DNA of 32,992 nucleotides from a virus (Duplodnaviria; Heunggongvirae; Uroviricota; Caudoviricetes): IMG/VR virus record IMGVR_UViG_2660238511_000008; one strand, 5' to 3'. Shown piece by piece: positions 18,886 to 29,694 of this stretch (position 1 is its first letter; each line of letters starts with the position of its first letter). The notes under the pieces were generated by a model. It saw only the letters and a program-made list of their open reading frames with translations, ran no database searches and was not told where the DNA came from. The position numbers and the translations under genes were made by a program.

Positions 18886-19205
18886 TTGAGCTTGTACTTA
18901 AAAAACCGATCATCGCCCACAAAGAAACACTGCATGTGCTGGAAATACGTGAGCCTACGTATGACGAGATTGAGGCGCTGGGGTTCCCTTTCTCTGTTTC
19001 GCCTGATGGTGGTATGAAAATGGACAGTCAGGTGGCGCTGAAATATATCCCGCTTCTGGCCGGGATCCCGCGCTCGTCTGCAGCGCAGATGACGAAGCTG
19101 GATATTTTCAAGGCAGGCATGATTGTAATGCGTTTTTTTACCGGCTTGGAGACGGAAGAGAGCTCCGGAAGCGATTCTACAATGTCGCGTGGTTCTGGAA
19201 ATTAA
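18882..19205 (+). CDS. Tail assembly chaperone (G-like)
   Basis: 107 aa acidic protein between tube and tape measure; contains T7-run slippery site. Confidence 0.7.
   Translation: MIELVLKKPIIAHKETLHVLEIREPTYDEIEALGFPFSVSPDGGMKMDSQVALKYIPLLAGIPRSSAAQMTKLDIFKAGMIVMRFFTGLETEESSGSDSTMSRGSGN
19133..19139 (+). other. Candidate -1 programmed frameshift site (T_TTT_TTT) in tail chaperone
   Basis: Heptamer in phase with the chaperone frame; the -1 frame is open for 54 codons to a TGA at 19295-19297, just past the tape measure start. Confidence 0.4.
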
Positions 19206-19289
19206 ACCCCCTTGAACTTCGCCGGACGGCTATTTCCCACTTTGCTGATCTGGAGGCAGAGGCTGTCCGTATAAATGAGGAGATGAAGC

Positions 19290-21197
19290 ATGGCTGATAA
19301 TTTTCAGCTGAAAGCCATCATCACCGCTGTTGACAGGCTGTCCGGCCCGCTTAAAGGTATGCAGCGTCAGCTTAAGGGATTTCAGAAAGAAGTCTCCAGC
19401 CTTGCTCTGGGCGCTGCCGGGGCGGGTACTGCAATAATGGGGGCACTGGCACTCCCTGTAAAATCAGCCATCACCCTTGAATCGAAGATGGCTGATGTCC
19501 GCAAAGTGGTGGACGGTCTGGATACGCCGGATGCGTTTAAGGCCATGACGGAGCAGGTACGCGCTTTGTCTACTGAGCTTCCCATGTCTGCAGACGGGAT
19601 CGCGGAAATTGTGGCGGCTGGCGGTCAGGCCGGGATTGCACGTGATGAACTGATGCAGTTTGCCACTGATGCGGTGAAGATGGGCGTGGCCTTTGATACC
19701 ACGGCTGAAGAGTCCGGGCAGATGATGGCCCAGTGGCGTACTGCGTTTAATATGACGCAGGATGAAGTGGCCGGGCTGGCTGACAAAATCAACTACCTTG
19801 GTAATACCGGCCCAGCGAACGCGAAGAAAATCTCCGATATTGTTACGCGTATTGGTCCTTTAGGTGGTGTTGCAGGTGTGGCTTCCGGCGAAATCGCGGC
19901 AATGGGGGCAACCATTGCCGGGATGGGCGTGGAGTCAGAAATTGCCGCCACAGGGGTCAAGAACTTCATGCTTTCCCTGACCGCGGGAAATTCTGCGACA
20001 AAATCGCAGAAACAGGCATTGCGTTTTCTGCGGATCAATCCGAAGAAATTAGCTGCTGATATGCAGAAAGATGCCCGGGGCACCATGCTGTCTGTACTGG
20101 ATGCGATGGCTAAAGTGCCTAAAGAAAAACAGGCAGCTGTGCTGAATGCCCTGTTCGGGAAAGAGTCTCTGGGCGCGATAGCACCTCTGCTGACTAACCT
20201 TGATTTGTTGCGTACCAACTTCAGGCGGGTTGCGGATTCCCAGCAGTATGGCAGTTCGATGCAGAAGGAATATGCTTCGAGGGCAGCGACGACGGAAAAC
20301 CAGCTTTTACTTCTGCAAAATCAACTTGATGCCATTTCTTCCACGCTGGGGGAAACGTTTCTTCCTGAGGTTAATGATGGTCTTGAAGCGGTAAAACCGC
20401 TCCTTGAGGAAGTGAGAACGTTTGTCCGTGAAAACCCGGAGCTCGTTAAGACCATTGCTAAAATCGGTCTGGCTTTACTGACAGTGGGGGCCGCTGCAGG
20501 CTCTTTGTCCAGAATCATGAAAGTTCTCGGCGGTGTGATGAATATGACGCCTGCTAAGGGGCTGATTGCTCTTCTGGTTGGTGGCGCTTACCTCATTATT
20601 GATAATTGGGAAACCGTAGGCCCTGTCATAAAAAAAGTCTGGCACGTGGTGGATGAAACGGCGCAGGTGATGGGGGGATGGGAAACTGTTCTGAAAGCGA
20701 TTGCCCTGTTTATGGCAACCAAATGGGTTGCTGACGTTACCAAATCCATTACCGCAGTGACCAGAGAGATGCGTACGCTGGGGAAGGTATCGGCAGAAAC
20801 GGGATTGATGGGGAAAGGCCGCGGCTTTATCGGGAAGGCCGGGGTATATGGTTTTTTGGGAACCCTGATGTATGAGCCGGTTAAAGATACTCTGGAAAGT
20901 GTTGTTCCTGAAGATACGGTTAACTGGCTGGATAATAAAGGGCTGTTTCTGGCTTCAGACTGGACGCCTTTTTTTGATCGTAAAGAGTACGAGCAGTATC
21001 AGGCCAGCCTGAGCCAGTACAAACCCAATGTTCCGCTGTTGAATCCATCTTCTTCCATGACACAGCACAGCGAGCTGAAAGTCACGTTCGAGAATGCTCC
21101 GCCAGGTATGAAGATAATTGATGTACCGGGCAAAGCCGATCCCCTGATGAAAATCACGCACGATGTGGGGTATTCCCCTTTTCGTTTTCCACGATAA
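19290..21197 (+). CDS. Tail tape measure protein
   Basis: 635 aa, Ala/Gly-rich with hydrophobic central segments; standard position after chaperone. Confidence 0.9.
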   Translation: MADNFQLKAIITAVDRLSGPLKGMQRQLKGFQKEVSSLALGAAGAGTAIMGALALPVKSAITLESKMADVRKVVDGLDTPDAFKAMTEQVRALSTELPMSADGIAEIVAAGGQAGIARDELMQFATDAVKMGVAFDTTAEESGQMMAQWRTAFNMTQDEVAGLADKINYLGNTGPANAKKISDIVTRIGPLGGVAGVASGEIAAMGATIAGMGVESEIAATGVKNFMLSLTAGNSATKSQKQALRFLRINPKKLAADMQKDARGTMLSVLDAMAKVPKEKQAAVLNALFGKESLGAIAPLLTNLDLLRTNFRRVADSQQYGSSMQKEYASRAATTENQLLLLQNQLDAISSTLGETFLPEVNDGLEAVKPLLEEVRTFVRENPELVKTIAKIGLALLTVGAAAGSLSRIMKVLGGVMNMTPAKGLIALLVGGAYLIIDNWETVGPVIKKVWHVVDETAQVMGGWETVLKAIALFMATKWVADVTKSITAVTREMRTLGKVSAETGLMGKGRGFIGKAGVYGFLGTLMYEPVKDTLESVVPEDTVNWLDNKGLFLASDWTPFFDRKEYEQYQASLSQYKPNVPLLNPSSSMTQHSELKVTFENAPPGMKIIDVPGKADPLMKITHDVGYSPFRFPR

Positions 21198-21221
21198 CGC
21201 AGTCCTTTTTGAGGTCAGTCT

Positions 21222-22598
21222 ATGGATTTATCCTCATTTCCCACCCGACCTTCATTACTTTCGTCGTCTTCAGGCTGGCGTGACAGACTTCAGGACGCGT
21301 CATTTCGCGGCGTGCCGTTTAAGGTTGAAGAAGAAAGTGCGGGAACCGGTCGCCGTGTGGAAACACATGAATACCCGAACCGCGACAAACCCTATACCGA
21401 AGACCTGGGGAAAATCACTTTTCGCCCGTCCATCACGGCTTATGTGGTGGGAGATGACTGCTTTGACCAGCGCGATCGCCTGATTGACGCGCTGAATAAA
21501 CCCGGTCCCGGCACGCTTGTCCATCCGACATACGGTGAGCTGAAAGTCTGTGTTGACGGAGAAGTTCGGGTCAGCACATCGAAGAGTGAAGGGCGTATTG
21601 TCCGCTTTGACCTGAAGTTTGTCGAAGCGGGAGAACTCTCTTACCCCACATCAGGTGCGGCGACGGCGCAGACGCTGATGTCATCCTGTTCTGCACTGGA
21701 TGACTGCATCAGTGACAGCTTCAGCGGTTTCAGTATCGATGGTGTGGCGGATTTCGTGCAGAACGACGTTATCGGTAATGCCAGCATAATGCTGGGGTAT
21801 GTTTCTGATGCGATGAAAGTGGTGGATTCTGCCGTATCGGATGCCGCCAGGCTGTTGCAGGGGGATATCTCGGTACTTCTGCCGCCGCCATCGTCAGGCA
21901 AAAATTTCGTTGAGCAGGTGCAGAAAATGTGGCGTACCGGGAAACGCCTTTATGGTAACGCCAGCGACCTGGTCACCATGATCAAAACGCTTTCCGGTGT
22001 CAGCCTCGGCAGCGATCTGCAACCCCGCGGCGTCTGGAAAACGGACAGTAAAACCACCGCCACGGCGACGCAGCAGCGTAACGTGGTTGCCAGCACCCTT
22101 CGTACGACCGCAATCAGCGAAGCGGCGTATGCCGTCACCCGATTGCCTGCGCCAACAACTTCCGCGGTGATGCAGAATGCCGCAGTGGGGCAGGCAACAA
22201 CACCCGCGCAGAGCACTTGCTGGCCTTCCGTCACGCATCCGGCACTGAACAATGCACCGGCGGTGAAAAACACGGTTGACCTGCCGACGTGGGAAGAACT
22301 GACTGACATTCGCGACACACTGAATACGGCAATTGATAAGGAGTTGTCCCGTACAACCAGCGATGCGCTGTTTCTGGCGCTGCGCCGGGTGAAAGCAGAT
22401 CTGAATGCGGATATCAACACGCGCCTTGAACAGTCTGCACGGATCATTCAGCGCACACCGGATGAGGTTTTACCCGCGCTGGTGCTGGCGGCGACCTGGT
22501 TTGATAACGCGGCGCGTGACGCGGACATTATCCGGCGTAATGCCATTACGCATCCCGGCTTTGTGCCGGTGATCCCTCTGAAGGTGCCAGTGCAATGA
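21222..22598 (+). CDS. DNA circulation protein (Mu N-like)
   Basis: 458 aa following the tape measure in a Mu-type tail module. Confidence 0.8.
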   Translation: MDLSSFPTRPSLLSSSSGWRDRLQDASFRGVPFKVEEESAGTGRRVETHEYPNRDKPYTEDLGKITFRPSITAYVVGDDCFDQRDRLIDALNKPGPGTLVHPTYGELKVCVDGEVRVSTSKSEGRIVRFDLKFVEAGELSYPTSGAATAQTLMSSCSALDDCISDSFSGFSIDGVADFVQNDVIGNASIMLGYVSDAMKVVDSAVSDAARLLQGDISVLLPPPSSGKNFVEQVQKMWRTGKRLYGNASDLVTMIKTLSGVSLGSDLQPRGVWKTDSKTTATATQQRNVVASTLRTTAISEAAYAVTRLPAPTTSAVMQNAAVGQATTPAQSTCWPSVTHPALNNAPAVKNTVDLPTWEELTDIRDTLNTAIDKELSRTTSDALFLALRRVKADLNADINTRLEQSARIIQRTPDEVLPALVLAATWFDNAARDADIIRRNAITHPGFVPVIPLKVPVQ

Positions 22599-23732
22599 AC
22601 GACAATGTCACGCTACGGGTAAATGGCCGGGAGTGGAATGGCTGGACATCGGTGCGCATCGGTGCCGGTATTGAACGGCTGGCGCGGGATTTCAGTGTGG
22701 AGATCACCCGCCANNNNNNNNNNNNNNNNNNNNNNNNNNNNNNNNNNNNNNNNNNNNNNNNNNNNNNNNNNNNNNNNNNNNNNNNNNNNNNNNNNNNNNN
22801 NNNNNNNNNNNNNNNNNNNNNNNNNNNNNNNNNNNNNNNNNNNNNNNNNNNNNNNNNNNNNNNNNNNNNNNNTGGAGGCGACGCCCGTTCGTTACGATGC
22901 CCGTTCGGTCAGCACCGGTATTGCCGGACGCAGTCTGACCGCTGACCTGATTGACTGTGCAGCCGAACCGACACAGTTTAACGGACGATCGCTGGTACAG
23001 ATTGCGCAGGCGCTTGCTGCGCCTTTCGGCATTGAGGTGGTGAACAGCGGTGCGCCGTCGGGTGTTATTCCTGATGTTCAGCCTGATCACGGTGAAACGG
23101 TGATTGAGGTAATCAACAAAATACTCGGTCAGCAGCAGGCACTGGCTTACGACGACCCGCACGGCAGGCTGGTGATTGGCGGTATTGGCTCAACGCGGGC
23201 ACATACTGCGCTGGTACTCGGGGAAAACATCCTTTCCTGCGATACGGAGAAGAGTATCCGGGAGCGATTTTCTGTTTACCAGGTGGCGGGGCAGCGTGCC
23301 GGAAACGACGATGATTTCGGTGAGGCCACCACCACCGCGCTGCGGGCCCGCACAGAGGACGCATTTATTGCCCGTTACCGTCCGATGTATATCAGGCAGA
23401 CAGGGCAGGCTACGGGGGCAGGCTGTATTGCGCGTGCTGACTTTGAAGCCCGGCAACGGGCGGCGCGGACGGATGAAACCACCTATGTGGTGCAGGGCTG
23501 GCGACAGGGTAACGGTACGCTGTGGCAGCCCAACCAGCGGGTGATTGTCTTTGATCCGGTCTGTGGTTTCGACAATACCGAACTGCTTGTTTCGGAAGTC
23601 ACGTTTACTCAGGACCAGAACGGCACCCTGACGGAAATCCGTGTCGGCCCGCCTGATGCTTATCTGCCTGAACCCGAAGCCCCCGGCGCGCGGAAAAAGA
23701 AAAAAGCCAGAGTACAGGAGGACCCGTTCTGA
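22595..23732 (+). CDS. Baseplate hub protein (Mu P-like; interrupted by N-run 22714-22872)
   Basis: MNDNVTLRVNGREWNGWTSVRIGAGIERLARDFSVEITR... typical N-terminus; post-gap frame ends 23732. Confidence 0.8.
22714..22872. other. N-run (sequence gap/masked, 159 nt) inside baseplate hub gene
   Basis: Run of n characters. Confidence 0.95.
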
Positions 23733-24280
23733 TGAGGACGATTGAAGCCATGCAGCGACAACTCCTCGGCCTGATTGGGCGGGCAGTGGTGAAAAGCATC
23801 AGTGCCGCCACGAAATGTCAGACCGTGGATGTGTCCCTGATTGCCGGTGAACCCAAAGCCGGGATTGAACATCTTGAACCCTACGGTTTTACCGCAAGGG
23901 CAAACAGCGGTGCGGAAGCGGTGGTGTTGTTTCCGGATGGCGACCGTTCTCATGCGGTGGTTGTTACGGTGTCGGACCGGCGCTACCGCCTGAAAGGGCT
24001 GCAGACGGGTGAGGTGGCTGTCTATGACGATCAGGGGCAGTCTGTGACGCTGACCCGGGAGGGGATCGTGGTGGACGGTGCAGGTAAAACGATCACGTTT
24101 CGCAATGCGCCTAAGGCACGTTTTGAAATGGACCTGGAAGTGACAGGACAGGTGAAAGACCTGTGCGACTCCGGCGGCACCACCATGTCAGCGATGCGGC
24201 TTGCCTATAACGGGCATCGTCACAGAGAGAACGGTCAGGGCAGTAACACCGACAAACCTGATAAAGCGATGGAGGCATGA
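23732..24280 (+). CDS. Baseplate spike / assembly protein V-like
   Basis: 182 aa; position and size. Confidence 0.75.
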   Translation: MRTIEAMQRQLLGLIGRAVVKSISAATKCQTVDVSLIAGEPKAGIEHLEPYGFTARANSGAEAVVLFPDGDRSHAVVVTVSDRRYRLKGLQTGEVAVYDDQGQSVTLTREGIVVDGAGKTITFRNAPKARFEMDLEVTGQVKDLCDSGGTTMSAMRLAYNGHRHRENGQGSNTDKPDKAMEA

Positions 24281-24705
24281 TGGAACTGTGGCTGACGGTG
24301 AACGGTAAACGCACCTGCGCCAGCGCACCGCTGGATCCGCTGACCCGCGCCGTGGTGATTTCCCTGTTTACCTGGCGGCGGGCGGAGCCTGATGACAACG
24401 CCGACGTCCCGATGGGATGGTGGGGGGATACCTGGCCTGCGGTACAGAATGACCGTTACGGCTCCCGACTGTGGCTGCTTCAGCGCAGCAAACTGACCAA
24501 TCAGCTGGTGCAGACGGTAAGGGGATATATCCGCGAATGCCTGCAATGGATGATTGATGACGGCGTGGTGTCCCGTATTGATCTGGATATCCGCCGCACC
24601 GGGATTAATGAGCTGGGTAACAGTATCACCCTCTGGCGTCGTGATGGACCAGTAATGATTTCTTTTGATGATCTGTGGAGTGCGATAACGCATGGCGGAC
24701 AGTGA
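24277..24705 (+). CDS. Baseplate protein (Mu gp46-like)
   Basis: 142 aa; overlaps neighbours by 4-14 nt. Confidence 0.7.
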   Translation: MMELWLTVNGKRTCASAPLDPLTRAVVISLFTWRRAEPDDNADVPMGWWGDTWPAVQNDRYGSRLWLLQRSKLTNQLVQTVRGYIRECLQWMIDDGVVSRIDLDIRRTGINELGNSITLWRRDGPVMISFDDLWSAITHGGQ

Positions 24706-25750
24706 ATTTCAGCGCCCGACGCTGGCAGAAAATATCAGTATGCTCCGTAACGATTTATTCGCCAGGCTGGACGTCAGCGACACGCTCCGGCGCATGGATG
24801 AAGACGTGCGGGCAAAGGTGTATGCGGCGGCGCTGCATACGGTTTACGGTTACATCGATTATCTGGCAATGAACATGCTGCCTGACCTGTGCGATGAGTC
24901 CTGGCTGGCGCGACATGCTGCGATGAAACGGTGTCCGCGCAAGGGGGCCACGGCTGCCAGCGGGTATATGCGCTGGGAAGGTGTCAGCGATGGCCTGAAG
25001 GTGACCGCCGGGAGTGTTATTCAGCGCGATGACCTGGTGCAGTACACGGCAACTGCCGATGCAACCAGCACCGGTGGTGTCCTGCGCGTGCCGATCGCCT
25101 GCTCAAGTGCAGGCGCGGTCGGTAACGCTGACGACGGTACGTCATTAATCCTGGTCACGCCGGTGAATGGTCTGCCGTCTTCCGGCGTGGCAGATACCCT
25201 GACAGGTGGATTTGATACTGAAGAGCTGGAAACGTGGCGCGCCCGCGTCATTGAGCGGTATTACTGGACGCCTCAGGGCGGGGCTGACGGGGACTATGTC
25301 GTCTGGGCTAAAGAAGTGCCCGGCATTACCCGCGCATGGACATACCGACACTGGATGGGAACGGGGACTGTCGGTGTGATGATTGCCGGCAGTGACCTGA
25401 TTAATCCCATTCCGGAAGAATCAACGGAAACGGCGGCAAGACAACATATCGGGCCACTGGCCCCGGTGGCAGGCTCTGATTTGTATGTATTCAGGCCGGT
25501 GGCGCATAAAGTGGATTTTCATATCCGTGTGACGCCGGACACACCGGAAATACGGGCTGCCATTACCGCCGAGTTGCGTTCGTTCCTGCTGCGTGATGGT
25601 TATCCGCAGGGAGAACTGAAGGTGTCACGTATCAGTGAAGCGATTTCCGGTGCGAACGGGGAATACAGCCATCAGTTGCTTGCACCGGCGGACAATATCT
25701 CCATTGCAAAAAATGAACTGGCGGTACTGGGGACGATTTCATGGACGTGA
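24692..25750 (+). CDS. Baseplate J-like protein
   Basis: 352 aa; position after the gp46-like gene. Confidence 0.8.
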   Translation: MADSEFQRPTLAENISMLRNDLFARLDVSDTLRRMDEDVRAKVYAAALHTVYGYIDYLAMNMLPDLCDESWLARHAAMKRCPRKGATAASGYMRWEGVSDGLKVTAGSVIQRDDLVQYTATADATSTGGVLRVPIACSSAGAVGNADDGTSLILVTPVNGLPSSGVADTLTGGFDTEELETWRARVIERYYWTPQGGADGDYVVWAKEVPGITRAWTYRHWMGTGTVGVMIAGSDLINPIPEESTETAARQHIGPLAPVAGSDLYVFRPVAHKVDFHIRVTPDTPEIRAAITAELRSFLLRDGYPQGELKVSRISEAISGANGEYSHQLLAPADNISIAKNELAVLGTISWT

Positions 25751-26325
25751 CAAACGATGATTACATCCGTCTGTTGTCGGCACTGTTGCCACCCGGTCCG
25801 GCGTGGTCAGCCAGAGATCCGGCGATTGCCGGTGCGGCACCGTCATTAACCCGCGTTCATCAGCGTGCGGATGCCCTGATGCGGGAGCTGGATCCGCACA
25901 CCACCACTGAACTGATAAACCGCTGGGAGCGTCTGTGCGGTCTGCCGGATGAATGTATTCCCGCAGGGACACAGACCCTTCGCCAGCGTCAGCAACGACT
26001 GGATGCGAAGGTTAACCTGGCGGGCGGCATCAATGAGGATTTTTACCTTGCACAGCTTGCTGCCCTGGGCAGACCAGACGCTACCATCACGCGATACGAC
26101 AAAAGCACGTTCACCTGCTCATCTGCCTGTACTGACGCGGTGAATGCGCCGGAATGGCGGTATTACTGGCAGGTCAACATGCCAGTCGCCACCAACACCA
26201 CCTGGATGACATGTGGCGATCCCTGTGATTCCGCGCTGCGCTTCTGGGGGGACACCGTTGTCGAGTGTGTGCTTAACAAACTCTGCCCGTCGCATACCTA
26301 TGTGATTTTTAAATATCCGGAGTAA
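25741..26325 (+). CDS. Tail protein (Mu gp48-like / YmfQ-type)
   Basis: 194 aa; [23 protein letters not shown]... typical N-terminus. Confidence 0.7.
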   Translation: MDVTNDDYIRLLSALLPPGPAWSARDPAIAGAAPSLTRVHQRADALMRELDPHTTTELINRWERLCGLPDECIPAGTQTLRQRQQRLDAKVNLAGGINEDFYLAQLAALGRPDATITRYDKSTFTCSSACTDAVNAPEWRYYWQVNMPVATNTTWMTCGDPCDSALRFWGDTVVECVLNKLCPSHTYVIFKYPE

Positions 26326-26328
26326 TCC

Positions 26329-26979
26329 ATGCATCGTATAGACACGAAAACCGCGCAGAAGGATAAGTTCGGCGCGGGTAAGAACGGTTTTACCCGTGGT
26401 AACCCCCAGACTGGCACGCCTGCCACCGATCTGGATGATGACTACTTTGACATGTTGCAGGAGGAGCTTTGCAGCGTGGTGGAGGCATCCGGTGCCAGCC
26501 TGGAGAAGGGGCGGCACGATCAGTTGCTTACCGCACTTCGCGCGCTGCTGTTAAGCCGCAAGAATCCGTTTGGCGATATCAAATCGGATGGCACGGTGAA
26601 AACGGCTCTCGAAAACCTTGGTTTGGGAGAAGCAGCTAAAAGGAATGTAGGTACAGGGGCGAATCAGATACCTGATATGAGCCTGTTCGCGTCAAGTAAT
26701 ACCGCAACGGCTGCTGCGCAAAAATTTCCGTCTGGATTAATTTTACAGTGCGGTCAGTTGAATGGCTCCCCTAATGTATCTTCAACATACGGGATGAGGT
26801 TCCCGATGACATTCTCAAGAGTCCTTGCTGTCACAGTTACATTGAACGTTACTGGCGCGGCTGGGCAGCCGACTGTATCGGCGACAAATGTCCATAACAC
26901 TGGATTTAATATTACTGTGTCGCCCGGTTCAGGATATGGTGCATCTTCTGATGCGTATTACATTGCAATGGGATATTAA
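26329..26979 (+). CDS. Tail fibre protein
   Basis: 216 aa; conserved fibre N-terminus ([47 protein letters not shown]...) then Ser/Thr/Gly-rich distal part. Confidence 0.75.
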   Translation: MHRIDTKTAQKDKFGAGKNGFTRGNPQTGTPATDLDDDYFDMLQEELCSVVEASGASLEKGRHDQLLTALRALLLSRKNPFGDIKSDGTVKTALENLGLGEAAKRNVGTGANQIPDMSLFASSNTATAAAQKFPSGLILQCGQLNGSPNVSSTYGMRFPMTFSRVLAVTVTLNVTGAAGQPTVSATNVHNTGFNITVSPGSGYGASSDAYYIAMGY

Positions 26980-26983
26980 CGAA

Positions 26984-27403
26984 ATGTCATATTTTTATTC
27001 TGCATCGACAAACGGATTTTATTCGACTGAATTTCACGGCACCAATATTCCTGATGATGCAGTGGAAATCTCGGAATCAGAGTGGAAAACACTGATTAAC
27101 TCACAGAGTGTAACAAAAATGATTACCTGTGGTGAGAACGGTCATCCTGTCATTGTTGACCGTCCTTCTCCAACACCAGAACAATTAGCCTTAATAAATG
27201 ATGAAAAGAAATCTGCACTGATAGCAGAGGCAACGAATGTAATAGCGCCGCTTCAGGATGCGGTTGATTTAGGTATGGCAACAGATGATGAAACGAAACT
27301 GTTACTGGCATGGAAAAAATATCGCGTGCTATTGATGCGTGTTAATACTTCAACAGCACTCGATATTGAATGGCCTACGCCTCCGGCAGTTCAGGCCAGA
27401 TGA
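26984..27403 (+). CDS. Tail fibre assembly protein (Tfa)
   Basis: 139 aa from ATG 26984; C-terminal ...[28 protein letters not shown] is the Tfa signature. Confidence 0.8.
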   Translation: MSYFYSASTNGFYSTEFHGTNIPDDAVEISESEWKTLINSQSVTKMITCGENGHPVIVDRPSPTPEQLALINDEKKSALIAEATNVIAPLQDAVDLGMATDDETKLLLAWKKYRVLLMRVNTSTALDIEWPTPPAVQAR

Positions 27404-27888
27404 CATCCGGCGCGGTGCTGGTATCTGTTGCCGTCACCGCGTCAATGTAATCCAGCACAGCGTTAAGGCGGGTTGTTTCTGCCTGCGTCAGTTTACGTCC
27501 GGCCTGCAATTTCAGCTGAATCAGACTGATGGAAGCCATAGCAGCATCAACCAGAGACTGGCGCTGTACTTCTGCTGCACCTACTGCGGCGCTATGCTGT
27601 GCCTCAGTATCCGTCACCCATTTCTCACCATCCCATTTATCATATGGCGTTAACGGGGCGATAGTGGTTGTATTTTCAGGGTAATCACCCAGAGCTGTGA
27701 TTTCTTTCGATTCTCCTGTTTCGGTGCTATAAACGTTTTCACCGCGATGGTCTGGCACATATTCCCATGAGTTAAAATCTGCAGAACGGCAAATTGCATA
27801 ACCAGCTTTATATGAGCCAGGAGCATCTAAACAGGAATATGCAGGGATACCGACACCCACAGCAAGATATTCAGTTGATGCAGAAATA
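27375..27888 (-). pseudogene. Second, convergent tail fibre assembly gene (Tfa'), 5' end disrupted by IS3-family insertion
   Basis: ...FNSWEYVPDHRGENVYSTETGESKEITALGDYPENTTTIAPLTPYDKWDGEKWVTDTEAQ...[10 protein letters not shown] resembles lambda Tfa; no in-frame start across the IS junction; 3' end overlaps Tfa by 29 nt. Confidence 0.55.
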
Positions 27889-27906
27889 TGAATCGCCACA
27901 GATAAT

Positions 27907-28719
27907 CTAGACACTTCCGAGCCGCTGATAATATTGGTTTTCGTATTCAGTTGGTGGCATATGATCACTCGAACCATGCCGACGCTTACTGTTATAAAAC
28001 ATTTCGATGTAATCAAAAATATCACCGCGAGCTTCTTCTCGCGTTCCGTAGATCTTTTTCTTTATCCGTTCACGTTTCAGTAGCTGGAAAAAACTTTCTG
28101 CGACTGCGTTGTCATGACAGTTACCGCGACGGCTCATACTGCCCTCCAGCCCGTGTGATTTCAGGAACGACTGCCACTCATAGCTTGTGTACTGACTGCC
28201 TTGATCAGAATGAACCAGCACCTGCTTTTGAGGATTACGTCGCCACACGGCCATCAGAAGTGCATTCAGGACAATATCCTTTGTCATCCGGGGCTGCATT
28301 GACCAGCCAATAACTTTGCGCGAGAACAGGTCAACAACCACAGCCAGATACAGCCAGCCTTCGTGAGTCCGGATGTAGGTGATGTCCGTTACCCAACGCT
28401 CATCCGGTGCTTCCGAGTTGAACTGCCGCTGGAGCCTGTTGGGCGTCACGATGCTGGTTTCACCCTTACGTGCCCGTGGGCTACGGTACCCGACCTGAGC
28501 CCTTATCCCGGCACGCTTCATCAGTCGCCAGACACGGTTAACTCCGCACTGTTGTCCGGTATCCCGCAGGTCGAGGTGGATCTTGCGATAACCATAAACG
28601 CAACCCGACTCCAGCCAGAACTGCTTTATCAGCCCCGTCAGCCTCAGGTCAGCATGATGCCGCCGTGAATCCGGCTGCTGAAGCCAGGCGTAAAAACCAC
28701 TCGGATGCACATCCAGCAC
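27907..28719 (-). CDS. IS3-family transposase OrfB (DDE catalytic domain)
   Basis: ...WVTDITYIRTHEGWLYLAVVVDLFSRKVIGWSM...HSDQGSQYTSYEWQSFLKSHGLEGSMSRRGNCHDNAVAESFF... DDE integrase-core motifs. Confidence 0.85.
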   Translation of the reverse strand: MLDVHPSGFYAWLQQPDSRRHHADLRLTGLIKQFWLESGCVYGYRKIHLDLRDTGQQCGVNRVWRLMKRAGIRAQVGYRSPRARKGETSIVTPNRLQRQFNSEAPDERWVTDITYIRTHEGWLYLAVVVDLFSRKVIGWSMQPRMTKDIVLNALLMAVWRRNPQKQVLVHSDQGSQYTSYEWQSFLKSHGLEGSMSRRGNCHDNAVAESFFQLLKRERIKKKIYGTREEARGDIFDYIEMFYNSKRRHGSSDHMPPTEYENQYYQRLGSV

Positions 28720-28756
28720 CCGACAAAGCAGTCGGACAGGCCAGCAATGGGTGTTG

Positions 28757-29059
28757 TCACGGATAAAGGCGTACCTCAGTCGGACAGCTTTGCGAAGTAC
28801 GCCGCTGTAGATTCAATATGTCCCGTTCGTCGGTAACCCGCTTCAGCTCTTTCTGGAGGCGTCGGATCTCAGCCTGAGCGTCTGACTGGACTTTATTGGT
28901 TGAGGAATCCGGGCCATATGCCTTTATCCAGGCATAAAGACTGTGGGTGGTGATACCGAGACGTGTTGCCACGCTGGAAACAGAATGGCCGCGATCAACA
29001 ACCTGTTTTACCGCTTCAATTTTAAACTCTTCGGGATAACGCTTACCGCTCATGGGCAC
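28757..29059 (-). CDS. IS3-family transposase OrfA (HTH)
   Basis: MSGKRYPEEFKIEAVKQVVDRGHSVSSVATRLGITTHSLYAWIK... (likely true start ATG at 29053). Confidence 0.8.
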   Translation of the reverse strand: MPMSGKRYPEEFKIEAVKQVVDRGHSVSSVATRLGITTHSLYAWIKAYGPDSSTNKVQSDAQAEIRRLQKELKRVTDERDILNLQRRTSQSCPTEVRLYP

Positions 29060-29211
29060 CTCTCTTTAAGTCATCTTAAATGACTCTGAGGTGTCTGTTA
29101 AACCTGTGGCGATTCATTATTAACTCTAATTTTAACAATAATTCCAGCCAGTACCCCGTCAGCCAGGTTGTAGTATTGGGCGGTAATTATTCTTACCCGG
29201 AAGGGGTTAAG

Positions 29212-29691
29212 ATGACACTAGAGATGCGCGGTAATACCTGCCTTGGGGTTGGCTATACGGCAAGCGCATCGAGGCCAGATGTTAGTATAAGTGGATATTC
29301 CGCCAATGAGCAGGCTATTTTTATCGATTATGATAACTTATGGATCCCATCACAATCACCGGTTGTGGATGCTACTGTTAAATGGAAAAGCTCTCCTGAC
29401 TTCGCTTTTGGTGTGAGCGTTGTTGGTGCGACTGGAGCAATGGGAAACAGGAGAAATATACTCAGTGTTACAAGGGGAGCGACTGGGGTTTATACAGTAA
29501 ATGCAAATCATGATATAGCAAACGTGGCTGTAGAAATAACTACTGTAGGGGTACCAGGATACGGAATAATAGGTGGTTATCCTACCGCAAACTCATTCGT
29601 TGTAAGGATGTACAATACTGCAGGCGCTCCCACTGACATAGATTTCATAGCATTAGGAAAAGACTATAGAGCAAGATTTAACGCTACATAA
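29212..29691 (+). CDS. Hypothetical 159-aa protein between the IS3-family element and gtrC
   Basis: ATG 29212 after GGAAGGGG; Gly/Thr/Ser/Val/Asn-rich; followed directly by a strong hairpin terminator. Confidence 0.45.
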   Translation: MTLEMRGNTCLGVGYTASASRPDVSISGYSANEQAIFIDYDNLWIPSQSPVVDATVKWKSSPDFAFGVSVVGATGAMGNRRNILSVTRGATGVYTVNANHDIANVAVEITTVGVPGYGIIGGYPTANSFVVRMYNTAGAPTDIDFIALGKDYRARFNAT

Positions 29692-29694
29692 AAT

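Larger units (their letters stand above)
27889..29116 (-). mobile_element. IS3-family insertion sequence (about 1228 bp)
   Basis: Imperfect terminal inverted repeats TGAATCGCCACAG.../...CTGTGGCGATTCA; orfA and orfB in the usual overlapping -1 arrangement; no clean target duplication (AATA vs TTAT). Confidence 0.75.

Noticed and set aside
21950..22447. 165-aa and 114-aa minus-strand ORFs inside the DNA-circulation gene
   Set aside because: Antisense, Arg/Ala-rich artefacts of GC-rich coding sequence.
27375..28025. ORF-track call of a 216-aa minus-strand protein as one intact gene
   Set aside because: Its first 45 codons are IS3-family element sequence (overlapping orfB 3' end and the terminal repeat); only 27375-27888 is Tfa-like, so this is a disrupted gene with an artefactual start.
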